This document shows positions 23,042 to 31,473 of a DNA stretch of 64,000 bases, in pieces. Under the pieces are notes generated by a model that ran no database searches, was not told where the DNA came from, and saw only the letters and a list, made by a program, of their open reading frames with translations. This stretch comes from Acidobacteriota bacterium (GTDB taxonomy: Bacteria; Acidobacteriota; Polarisedimenticolia; Polarisedimenticolales; JAIQFR01): NCBI GenBank assembly GCA_041494445.1, contig JBGQAU010000003.1, forward strand, positions 1,018-65,017, written 5' to 3'. Position numbers and translations under genes: made by a program. The stretch's first letter is position 1. Each line of letters starts with the position of its first letter.

Positions 23042-25930
23042 TCACGCTCGCACCTCTTCTCCCGCCGGCGCGAGGAGGTCGCGGCGGCCGCGCAGCGCGC
23101 GCACGGAGGGCAGGCCCAGCTCCCTGAGCCGCCGCGCGAAGTGCTCGGCCCAGGCGCGATAGAGGTTCGAGATCCGCGCCTCGACGAGGTCGGGCGCCAG
23201 CTGCGGCGCCAGCGCCGGGTCGGTCGTCGCGATACCGATCGGGCAGCCCCGGCCGCGCTCGCAGTTGCAGCAGCGGACGCAGTCGATGGCCACCAGCTCC
23301 GCGGTCCCGAGGACGACCCCGTCGGCCCCGAGGGCGATCGCCTTGAGCGCGTCCTCGGCGGTCCTGACGCCCCCGCTCGCCATGAGCGCCACCTCGTCGC
23401 GAATCCCCTCGGAAACCAGGAAATCGTGCGCCTGGGCGACCGCGTATTCGATCGGCTGGGCGATGTTCTTCTTGGCGATGTCCGGAGCCGCGCCGGTCCC
23501 CCCGTAGGCTCCGTCCAGGTGGATCACGTTGGCCCCGGCGTAGTAGCTCCCCACCGCGACCATGTCGACATCGGCGGCCGTCGAGACCTTCACCGAGATC
23601 AGCACCTCGGGGTGGATCGCGCGGATCCAGTCCAGGTGCTTCTTGTGGTCCTCCACCGAGTACACGGAGTGGAACGGGAACGGCGAGAAGAGCGCCGTCC
23701 CGGGGACCGCCTCGCGCATGGCCGCGACCCCCGGCGTGTTCTTCTCGGCGAGCAGGTGGCCGCCGAGCCCCGGCTTCGCCCCTTGCGCGTACTTGAACTC
23801 CACGAGGCGCGCGAGCCGGATCGTCTCCTCGCGCACGCCGAAGAGGCCGGTGGCGATCTGGGTGATCACGTGGTCGGCGTACCGCGCGAGCTCGGGCGGG
23901 TAGCCTCCCTCGCCCGTCGAGGTGAACGTCCCCCAGCGCCTCGCGGCCCGCGCGCGGCCCAGCATGACCGTAAGGGAGACCGAGCCGAACGACATGCCGC
24001 CGCCGTAGATCGGGATCGGGATCGCGACCCGCGGACCCTCGGCGCGCCGGTTCAGCTCGATCGAGAGATCCACGGGCCCGGCGTAGGGCGACGACGACGG
24101 TGCCGCGAGACGAAGCGTGTCGAACCCGCCGCCCGAGCCGCCGACGAGCAACGACTCGCCGTCCTCCGGCGGGACGCCGGTCCTCGCCTGCCGCCACGTC
24201 TCCCGCAGGAGCGGCGCGGTCCAGCGGCGGTCGCCGAGGGCGAGCTCGGTCGGGTCGTCCTCGATCCTGATCGCTTCCCAGGGGCAGACGCGGACGCAGC
24301 ACCAGTCGTTCTCGAGGCAGCCCGGGCCCAGGCAGCGCTCGTGCCGCGGCTCCTCGAGCGCGGCCTTCCCCTCCGTCCTGCGGTGGACCAGGGGCCGGCA
24401 GCTCGCGACGCACAGGCCGCAATCGGTGCAGCGCCCCCGATCCACGACGACTCGGAAGGGGCCGAGACCGGTGGCGAAGCGGTGCGGGGCGACGGCGATG
24501 GCCGTTCCCGGCTTTCCCCCCTCGCGCGTGTCGCCCTCCCTCGCGGGCGATCCCGCGACGCCCCGGCCGAGCCGGTCCAGGAAACCGCGCCGCGCCTCGT
24601 CGGCGAAGATCGCCCGCCCCGTCTCGCCGCGCAGGCGCCGCACGTCGCGCAACCCCATCGCCCCCAGGACCTCGAGGAGCTGGTCGCGCCACGCGAGCAT
24701 CAGGTTGATCACCCGCGTCGCGCCCCAGCGCACGTCCACCTCGCCGAGGCCGAGCGGACACGGGCGCCCGGCGCCGCAGTCGGGGCACACCGTGCACCCC
24801 ATGGCGATCAGGAGCGGGACGTCCACGACCAGCGCGTCGGCGCCGAGGAGAATCGCCTTCGGGACGTGCTCCGCCATGGCGATGCCGCCCGAGGCCAGGA
24901 GGGTCAGCCGGTCCCGCAGCCCGCGGTCCACCAGCGCCAGGTGGCTCTCCCTCAGACCGGAAAGGAGTGGGGTGCCGTCTTCGCCGCGACCGTCGGTCCC
25001 GGCCGCGAGATGGATCGTCTCGGCGCCCGCCTCCGCCAGCGAGACGATCTCGCGGGCGGCTCCGGCCCCCGCCGCCACGCGGACGACGGTGAGCACGTGG
25101 GGGTTGATCTCGCGCACCCGCGCGACGGCGCGGACGGGATCGCCGCCCGGAAGGAACTCGACGATCGTGGACCAGTCCAGGACCGACCGTCTTTCCTCCA
25201 GCTCGTCGGGGTGCAGGCAGACGACCAGGTGGTTGAGGTGCTCGGTGAACCGCTCCGGGCCGTCCTCCGCGCGAACCGACGCGTACGTCGTGAGGCGGCT
25301 CGCCGCCAGGGCCAGCGCCTCCGAAGCACCCGCGCCGGGGGAGAACGGCAGGAGGCCGAAGACCACGGGGATCGGGATCTCGCGGCTCGGCGGGATGTGG
25401 GACTTCAGGTTCCCCTCCGCGTCGAACTGCATGCCGCTGAGGTCGGGGAGCGCGGCGCCCAGCGTGACCGTGGTGGAGATGTGCTCGCGGCCGTGGATCC
25501 CGTCGCGGGTCGGCCGGACGATCTCGGACATGTCGGTCCAGATCCCGTCGTACCCCTCGCCGTCGAACGGACCGCCGTACCCCGCGCCGCTCACCGGGAC
25601 CTTGCCCTCGGTCGCCTGCTCCTGGAGCGAGCAGACGACCTCGGGAGGGTACGTGGCGTTGCCGAGGGCGGCGTGAATCGGGTTCCGCTCGAGCCTGAGC
25701 GCCTGGCGCGGGCAGCGGAACACGCACGCGAAGCAGTTGCGGCAGCAGGCTTCCTTCGGGTCCGCCATCCGGCGCGGATCGTCCGCGCTCCGCTCGTGGC
25801 AGTCGTAGACGCAGGCCTCGATGCAGGTCCCGCAGTTGATGCAGCGGGTCGAGCGGATCACGCGGCAGGGCCTTGGGATCGGCTTGAGTGGCGGGGCCGG
25901 ACGCGGCTTGAGCTCGTGGTTTCGGCTCAT
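23042..25930 (-). CDS. Glutamate-synthase-like FMN protein: ferredoxin domain + divergent GltB-like barrel + ferredoxin domain + canonical GltB FMN domain
   Basis: The N-terminus carries CINCGTCIEAC…CRNCFACVFRCP and the middle carries CTDCGLCVASC…CVRVCPWEAI. The canonical second domain shows GGGMSFGSVS, QGAKPGLGGHL, GAYGGTGAAP, ASGGVRT and CVRCCNCERGRGCPIGIATTD. The first domain keeps only ASGGIAMAE…GCTVCPDCGAGRPCPLGLG. Confidence 0.85.
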   Translation of the reverse strand: MSRNHELKPRPAPPLKPIPRPCRVIRSTRCINCGTCIEACVYDCHERSADDPRRMADPKEACCRNCFACVFRCPRQALRLERNPIHAALGNATYPPEVVCSLQEQATEGKVPVSGAGYGGPFDGEGYDGIWTDMSEIVRPTRDGIHGREHISTTVTLGAALPDLSGMQFDAEGNLKSHIPPSREIPIPVVFGLLPFSPGAGASEALALAASRLTTYASVRAEDGPERFTEHLNHLVVCLHPDELEERRSVLDWSTIVEFLPGGDPVRAVARVREINPHVLTVVRVAAGAGAAREIVSLAEAGAETIHLAAGTDGRGEDGTPLLSGLRESHLALVDRGLRDRLTLLASGGIAMAEHVPKAILLGADALVVDVPLLIAMGCTVCPDCGAGRPCPLGLGEVDVRWGATRVINLMLAWRDQLLEVLGAMGLRDVRRLRGETGRAIFADEARRGFLDRLGRGVAGSPAREGDTREGGKPGTAIAVAPHRFATGLGPFRVVVDRGRCTDCGLCVASCRPLVHRRTEGKAALEEPRHERCLGPGCLENDWCCVRVCPWEAIRIEDDPTELALGDRRWTAPLLRETWRQARTGVPPEDGESLLVGGSGGGFDTLRLAAPSSSPYAGPVDLSIELNRRAEGPRVAIPIPIYGGGMSFGSVSLTVMLGRARAARRWGTFTSTGEGGYPPELARYADHVITQIATGLFGVREETIRLARLVEFKYAQGAKPGLGGHLLAEKNTPGVAAMREAVPGTALFSPFPFHSVYSVEDHKKHLDWIRAIHPEVLISVKVSTAADVDMVAVGSYYAGANVIHLDGAYGGTGAAPDIAKKNIAQPIEYAVAQAHDFLVSEGIRDEVALMASGGVRTAEDALKAIALGADGVVLGTAELVAIDCVRCCNCERGRGCPIGIATTDPALAPQLAPDLVEARISNLYRAWAEHFARRLRELGLPSVRALRGRRDLLAPAGEEVRA

Positions 25931-28092
25931 GCCTTGGCCTCCCGTTCGGGCCATTCGGGGAGATCGAGGCCGAATGCGCGGGCGAAGGCCGCCCGCTCCG
26001 CGTCCGCCCTGGCGGCGAAGGTGGCGATCAGCTCCAAGGGGCGACCGTCGCGCTCCTCGATCCAGCGCTCGAGCGCCTCGTAGCACGCCACCAGCGGGAG
26101 CCGGGTCTGGCAAACCTCCTCGCAGAGCCCGCAGGCGAAGCACTGGAACGGGCGGTGCGCCTCCTCCGCGCGGACCGCCCCGCCGCGGGAAAGGGTCTCC
26201 ACGAGGTGGAGCTTCGCTCGCCCCGTGACCAGCTCCTCGCGCGTGAGCAGGTACGCCGGACAGGTGGAGACGCACGCGCCGCAGAAGGTGCATCGCTCGG
26301 CGGACTCGATCAGGAGCCGGCGCCCGCCGTCCTCCTCCGGCGCCGGAACCCGCCATCCCTCGGCGTGCGGGCGCCGCCGCGACAGCGCGCGGGCGAGCGC
26401 TCCGAGCGCGGGAGACGCCAGACCGAGCAAAGCGAGGGCCGCGGCGTTGGCCCTCGGCGCGAACAGGACGCCCGGAACGTTGCGGAGCCGGGTTCGCACA
26501 CGGAAGAACTTCCCCGGGTTGACGAGGCCCGAGGGGTCCAGCTCGCGCTTGCGCCTGGCGAGATCCCGCAGCCGGTCCGCCGGGACCGCCGCGCGCACGA
26601 ACGGCGCGTTCCAGATTCCGACCCCGTACGGGCGGCCGCCGTGCCGGATTCCGGCCCGCGTCAAGAGCTGGACCAGCCCGAGGCGGAGCGTGTAGTCGAG
26701 ACCGTTCGCCGCGTCGCACGCGAACGCGGCGATGACCACCCCCTCCGGCCCCCTTTCGCCCCGCGCCACCGACATCTCCACCGAGAGGTCGGAGCCGAAG
26801 CGCCTCGCGGCGGCCCGGGCCTCGTCGACGAAGCCGGCGACCGCGGAAAGCGGCAACACGACCTCGCTGGCGAGCAGGCTCGGCCCGAGGCGCTGGGCCT
26901 TGAGCGGGAAGAACCGCTCGGTCCACAGGTACCGGGCGGCCGTTTCGCCCGCCGCCTCGCCGCCCGCCGGGAGCCGGGCCGCCTCGGCCGGGTCGTCGAA
27001 GTGGAGGAGCACCGCGTCGCGCTCCTCCACGATCGGCTGGCCGAGATGGGTGCGATCGCGGAACAGCCGGTTCTCCTCGGCCATGCGCTCCCTGTCGTTG
27101 ACCGCGACGTGGGACGGGCGGCACGCCGAGGCGGCGAGCCGCTCGACGAACTCGAGGGCCGGGGAGAGGTCGTCGAAGTAGAGGAGGCGCGGGAGGCTGG
27201 CCGCGGGGCTCTCGCGAACGCGCAGGGTCAGCTCGGTGAAGAGACCGAGCTGCCCTTCGGTGCCGACGAAGTCACGGAGAGCGCCGTCCTCGCGGCGCAG
27301 CTCGAGGATGAGGCCGCCGGCGGTCGCGACGCGGGCGGCCAGGAGGGCGCCGGAAAACGCGCCGTGGCGGAAGCTCTCGAGCCCGAGGCCGCCGGTCGCG
27401 GCCCAGCCGCCGACGGTCGAGAACCGGCTCGAGGGGGTCGTGACCGGAACGAGCCCGTGCGGCGCTAAGTGCCTCGCGAGGTCCGCCCAGCGCACTCCGG
27501 GCTCCACCCTCGCGACCCGTGCCGCCGCATCGATCTCGAGGACGCGAGCCATCGCGGAGAAGTCGGCCACGATGCCGTTCCGGGTCGGAACGGCGCCGCC
27601 GAACGCCGACGAGGAGACACCCCGCGGGAACACCGGGAGGCGCCTCTCGGACGCGAAACGCAGGATCTCGACGACGTCCGCCTCGGCGCGCGGCTGCACC
27701 ACGACGAGGGGGGTCGAGCGGTGCAGAAGTCCCCCGATCACGCGCGGGACCCGCGCCAGGTCACGCCGGTAGAGCCGCCGCTCGAAGCCGCCTGTCGTCA
27801 CCCGGCAGCCGTCTCCGAGCCGTCTCCCGAGGTCCGTGGCCAGCGCGGCCACCATCCGAGCCCGCCGCGGCGTGTCCTGGTCGAGCAGGTGGAGGGCATA
27901 GAGCTTGAGGCGCGCCTGAGGCGCGCCGACGATGGCGTAGGCGGCGAGGCGGACCAAGCCCCACGGCGAGAGGGCCGCGCCCTCTCCCTCGAGGAGACGG
28001 GCCACCGGGCGCGGCGGCTCGAGGCCGTCGCGGACCCTGTGCCGCTCCGCCGCCCTCTTCGCGCGATCTCTCCAGAATTCAGACCAGGACAT
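25927..28092 (-). CDS. FAD-linked oxidase (FAD_binding_4 / GlcD-like) fused to a 2x[4Fe-4S] ferredoxin-type C-terminal domain
   Basis: Matches include VVVQPRAEADVVEILRFASERRLPVFPRGVSSSAFGGAVP and STVGGWAATGGLG. The C-terminus carries CTFCGACVSTCP…CFACGLCEEVC. The stop overlaps the downstream start (ATGA). Confidence 0.85.
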   Translation of the reverse strand: MSWSEFWRDRAKRAAERHRVRDGLEPPRPVARLLEGEGAALSPWGLVRLAAYAIVGAPQARLKLYALHLLDQDTPRRARMVAALATDLGRRLGDGCRVTTGGFERRLYRRDLARVPRVIGGLLHRSTPLVVVQPRAEADVVEILRFASERRLPVFPRGVSSSAFGGAVPTRNGIVADFSAMARVLEIDAAARVARVEPGVRWADLARHLAPHGLVPVTTPSSRFSTVGGWAATGGLGLESFRHGAFSGALLAARVATAGGLILELRREDGALRDFVGTEGQLGLFTELTLRVRESPAASLPRLLYFDDLSPALEFVERLAASACRPSHVAVNDRERMAEENRLFRDRTHLGQPIVEERDAVLLHFDDPAEAARLPAGGEAAGETAARYLWTERFFPLKAQRLGPSLLASEVVLPLSAVAGFVDEARAAARRFGSDLSVEMSVARGERGPEGVVIAAFACDAANGLDYTLRLGLVQLLTRAGIRHGGRPYGVGIWNAPFVRAAVPADRLRDLARRKRELDPSGLVNPGKFFRVRTRLRNVPGVLFAPRANAAALALLGLASPALGALARALSRRRPHAEGWRVPAPEEDGGRRLLIESAERCTFCGACVSTCPAYLLTREELVTGRAKLHLVETLSRGGAVRAEEAHRPFQCFACGLCEEVCQTRLPLVACYEALERWIEERDGRPLELIATFAARADAERAAFARAFGLDLPEWPEREAKA

Positions 28093-28173
28093 CGCCTTCG
28101 ATCCCGCCTCCCGATCTCGTGCGTCGCCGATCGCTCGTGCAACCGGCGCGCCTCGAACCCGCGCCCCCCAACG

Positions 28174-29511
28174 CTAGGTGCTCCTTTTCAGCTTCTCCCT
28201 CAGCGTCTTGCGATCGATGCCCAGGATCTCCGCGGCCCGCGTGCGGTTGTCGCCGACGGCCACCAGCACGCTTCGGACGTGCGCGGCCTCCACCTGTGCG
28301 AGGGTCGAAAGCCGCGCCGGATCCCGCTGCGCAGAATAGCGCAGGAGCGCCGGCAAGTCCGGAACGTCTACCGAGTCCGCGCCGCTCCGCGCCACGAGCC
28401 ATCGGACGAGGTCGGCGAGCTCGCCGACGTTGCCCGGCCAAACGTGCTCCATGAGCGCGGCGATCGTCCGCTCGGAGAAGCGCGGCGTGGCACGACCGAC
28501 CCCCGCGGCGAAACGCCGCGCGAAGTGGTCCACGAGCACCGGCACGTCGGCGAGTCGCTCGCGAAGCGGGGGCAAGGAGATCTCGATTCCGGGCAGCACC
28601 TCACCCCGCTCGGTCCGCGGGCTCCGACCGCGGGAGGGATCTCCCGCCTCGGCGGCCACGGTCACGATCACCCGAGCGGACACGGCACCGCTCCCACGGG
28701 CCCCGGACCGGCCGGACGCCCCGGCGCGGAGAACGCGGGCGAGCACCTTGTGCAACTCCGGGTCGGCCTCGTCGAAACACTCCAGAACCAGCGTTCCGCC
28801 TCTGGCCGCGGCAACGAGCCCCGGGTCCGCGCCCCATCTCGCGCCCGAGCCGCGCTCGGCCTCCCCGACCAACTCGCGGGCGAGGTGGCGCCCCGGAACG
28901 GGCTCGCAGTCGAACCGCACGAACGGACGGCGCGCGCGCGCTCCCGCGAGGTGGAGCACCCGGGCGACGAGCGATTTCCCGGTCCCGTGCTCCCCGACGA
29001 CCCTCACGGCGTCGGAGCTCGCGGCCGCCCGCTCCACGGCCGCCATGACGGCCCGCATCGCCTCGGAGTTCCCGACGAGGGCGCCGAGGGGCCCCAGCGC
29101 GCGTCGATCCTCGGTGGGGAAGGCGCGGCGGGAGCGCAGCTTCGCGACCGCCCGTTCGACCGCCGCCGTCAGCTCCTCGCCGGTGAACGGCTTGGAGAGG
29201 TAGTCCTCCGCGCCGATCTTGACCGCCTGGATGGCGCTCTCCACCGTCGGGTAGCCGGTGATCATGAGCACTTCGGTGTACCTGTGGTTCTCCCGCACGT
29301 GCCGGACCAACTCGAGTCCGGAGGCCCCCGGCATCTTGAGGTCGGTCACCACCACGTCGAAGGGGGTCTTGCGCAACATCCTCACCGCCTCGGCCACGCC
29401 CGGCGCGGTGGCCACCGAGTAGCCCTGCAAGGTGAGGTTGCGCTCCAGCACCTCGAGCGTATCGGGCGAGTCGTCCACCAGCAGGATGCGCTCACCTGTC
29501 GACGGCGCCAT
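28174..29511 (-). CDS. NtrC-family response regulator (receiver + degenerate sigma54-interaction AAA+ domain + Fis-type HTH)
   Basis: The receiver shows ILLVDDSPD…VVTDLKMPG…KPF. Walker A is GEHGTGKS. LPPLRER and WPGNVGEL are present, and the HTH is RTRAAEILGIDRKTLREKL. The GAFTGA loop, the Walker B DE pair and the FRxDLYYRL region are not recognisable. Confidence 0.85.
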   Translation of the reverse strand: MAPSTGERILLVDDSPDTLEVLERNLTLQGYSVATAPGVAEAVRMLRKTPFDVVVTDLKMPGASGLELVRHVRENHRYTEVLMITGYPTVESAIQAVKIGAEDYLSKPFTGEELTAAVERAVAKLRSRRAFPTEDRRALGPLGALVGNSEAMRAVMAAVERAAASSDAVRVVGEHGTGKSLVARVLHLAGARARRPFVRFDCEPVPGRHLARELVGEAERGSGARWGADPGLVAAARGGTLVLECFDEADPELHKVLARVLRAGASGRSGARGSGAVSARVIVTVAAEAGDPSRGRSPRTERGEVLPGIEISLPPLRERLADVPVLVDHFARRFAAGVGRATPRFSERTIAALMEHVWPGNVGELADLVRWLVARSGADSVDVPDLPALLRYSAQRDPARLSTLAQVEAAHVRSVLVAVGDNRTRAAEILGIDRKTLREKLKRST

Positions 29512-31318
29512 TCCCCTCCCCGTTGGCGGCGTCCCCGGCCGAACGCCGCGGCAACCGGACCTCGAAACGGGATCCGCGTCCCGGCTTGCTGTCCACGCGG
29601 ATCGAGCCTCCGTGGGACGTGACGATCCCGTGCACCATCGAGAGCCCGAGCCCGGTTCCCTGGCCGACGTCCTTCGTGGTGAAGAACGGCATGAACACGC
29701 GCTCCAGCACGTCGGCGGTCATGCCGGTTCCCGCGTCCTCCACCGCCAGCACGACGTGGTCCTGCCCGGCGCGGGTCTCGATCGTCAGTGTCCCGCCATC
29801 CGGCATCGACTGGAGCCCGTTGACCACGAGGTTCACGATGACCTGGTGCATCTGGCCCGGGTCGGCGACGATCTCGGGCAGGTCCGTGGCCAGCTTCCGG
29901 CGCAGGACGATCCCCTCGGCGGCGAAGCGCGGCTCGACGAACATGATCCCCTCGGCCACGAGCCGGTTCAGGTCCACGCGCATCTTCCGAGGCGGCGTCT
30001 GGCGGGCGAACAGCATGAGCTTCCGGACGACGTCGCGGGCGTGCAGCGCGGACCGGACGATCTTCTCGAGATCCCGGCGGACTTCGGGAGGAAGCCTCTC
30101 GTGCTTCCCGGCGAGCTGGGCGAACCCCAGGATCCCCCCGAGCGGCTCGTTCAGCTCGTGCGCGGCGCCGGCGGCGAGCTGGCCGATCGTGACGAGGCGG
30201 TCGGCGTGCCGGAGCTGCTCCTGGAGTCGCGCCTTCTCCGTCTCCGCCTGGCGCCTCGAGAGGATGAGCGCCACCTGTCGCGCGACCTCGTGGATCAGGC
30301 TCCGTTCTTCCCTGAGGAACGGCCCCTCGTCGAGCGGGGGCTTCTCCTCCGTGTAGAACACCTCCACAGAGCCTCGGGGAAGTCCGTCCACGACGATGTC
30401 AGCGGCCTGCCGGTGCGGCCCCTCCCGGAAGCCCGACCTCGCGTGGGGGCGGCCGTCGAGGACGATCCTCGCGGAGCACTCGGACGGGTACTGCCACCCC
30501 GGCGGGAGGAGTTCCGCGATGCACTTGAGCATCTCCTCGAGAGTGATCCCCGGGCGCTCGGCGACCTGCGCGATCCCGTAGAGGCAGGTGAGCTCCTTGA
30601 CCCTCTCGCCGAGGGCCCACCGCGCCCGCTGGTGCGAGAGCGCGACCCCGAGAGAGGCCGCGGCCTGCTCGTAGAGTCGCATGTCGGCGCGGGTGAAGAA
30701 TCCCCGGGCCGAGTTCCGCATCTGGAGCAGGCCGGTGTTCTCAGACCCGGCGGTCAGGGGGATGATCGCCAGCGAGCGAAAGCCGAAGTCGGGTCCGAGG
30801 ACCGGGGGAGATCCGCCCCCCGCGGGCGCGATCGGGGCGTGCACCTCCTCCACGTCGCCGGTCCAGAAGCTCCCTCGCGGGGTGAAGCATGGGAGCGCCG
30901 CGTCGAACCGGCGCTCCGTCACCCTCGCGCAGAGAAGCTCCACGGCGTCCGGGCCACCGGAGGCCGCCACGCCCTCCTCGGCGGGGTGCGGCTCCCGCTC
31001 GAAGCGGAACGACATCGGATCGCCGCGGGACATCTGGCAGCGATACCCCTCCTCCGCGGCCTCCCGGTGGCGCAACTCGATCCAGTCGCAGCCGGAGAAC
31101 TCCAGGAGCATCTGCGCGACCTGCGCGAGGAACTGCGCCCTCGGGATGCCCCGCGTGGCCTGGACGTGCAGCCGGCTCAGGAACGCGCCGACGTCGCCTG
31201 GCGCGCGAGCGGCCTCGAGGCGGCGCGCCCGGGTGGGACGAGATCGAGGCACGGTCCGACTGCGGCGATTTTCCCCGGTCATGGGGGGATTATCGCGGCC
31301 CTTTTGCCGCTCGCGCAA
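29492..31318 (-). CDS. Sensor histidine kinase with GAF-like sensory region
   Basis: The H-box is LAAGAAHELNEPLGGI. HATPase_c motifs are present (VNLVVNGLQSM, EDAGTGM, FFTTKDVGQGTGLGLS). The gene overlaps the regulator gene by 20 nt. The start is uncertain (31318 or 31282). Confidence 0.8.
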   Translation of the reverse strand: MRERQKGRDNPPMTGENRRSRTVPRSRPTRARRLEAARAPGDVGAFLSRLHVQATRGIPRAQFLAQVAQMLLEFSGCDWIELRHREAAEEGYRCQMSRGDPMSFRFEREPHPAEEGVAASGGPDAVELLCARVTERRFDAALPCFTPRGSFWTGDVEEVHAPIAPAGGGSPPVLGPDFGFRSLAIIPLTAGSENTGLLQMRNSARGFFTRADMRLYEQAAASLGVALSHQRARWALGERVKELTCLYGIAQVAERPGITLEEMLKCIAELLPPGWQYPSECSARIVLDGRPHARSGFREGPHRQAADIVVDGLPRGSVEVFYTEEKPPLDEGPFLREERSLIHEVARQVALILSRRQAETEKARLQEQLRHADRLVTIGQLAAGAAHELNEPLGGILGFAQLAGKHERLPPEVRRDLEKIVRSALHARDVVRKLMLFARQTPPRKMRVDLNRLVAEGIMFVEPRFAAEGIVLRRKLATDLPEIVADPGQMHQVIVNLVVNGLQSMPDGGTLTIETRAGQDHVVLAVEDAGTGMTADVLERVFMPFFTTKDVGQGTGLGLSMVHGIVTSHGGSIRVDSKPGRGSRFEVRLPRRSAGDAANGEGNGAVDR

Positions 31319-31385
31319 GGATTCGAGCCAGGACCGATCCGCGACATCGGCCGCCGTTTTTGTCCGTGTTTATGGGCAAAATCGA

Positions 31386-31414
31386 TTGACAGCGTTTTGG
31401 TGACGGGGTACTTT
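31386..31414 (+). promoter_or_regulatory. Sigma70-like promoter candidate upstream of amtB
   Basis: TTGACA (31386-31391), a 17-nt spacer, then TACTTT (31409-31414). A strong SD (AGGAGGAA) precedes the ATG at 31474. Confidence 0.3.
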
Positions 31415-31473
31415 TCCCCAACCTGACGGGGAATTCATCCCCACCTTTTCGTTCACCATCAGGAGGAAGCGTC

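Noticed and set aside
20436-25727. 1763-aa ORF suggesting one giant glutamate-synthase polypeptide.
   Set aside because: Upstream of about 23012 the translation is RGPA-rich nonsense. That stretch lies out of frame over the GltB-like gene (23042-25930), which has its own clear motifs and an ATGA-coupled start.
28093-28173. Sigma54 promoter expected downstream of the NtrC-like gene and upstream of the FAD/FeS-GltB operon.
   Set aside because: No GG-N10-GC element with TGGCAC/TTGC character was found on the minus strand by eye. A matrix scan would be needed to be sure.
23141-31426. Long plus-strand ORFs (23141-26083, 24117-25676, 26155-27468, 27469-29622, 29432-31426) antisense to the nitrogen operon.
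   Set aside because: All are low-complexity Arg/Pro/Gly/Asp-rich translations without motifs. The minus-strand genes are well supported.
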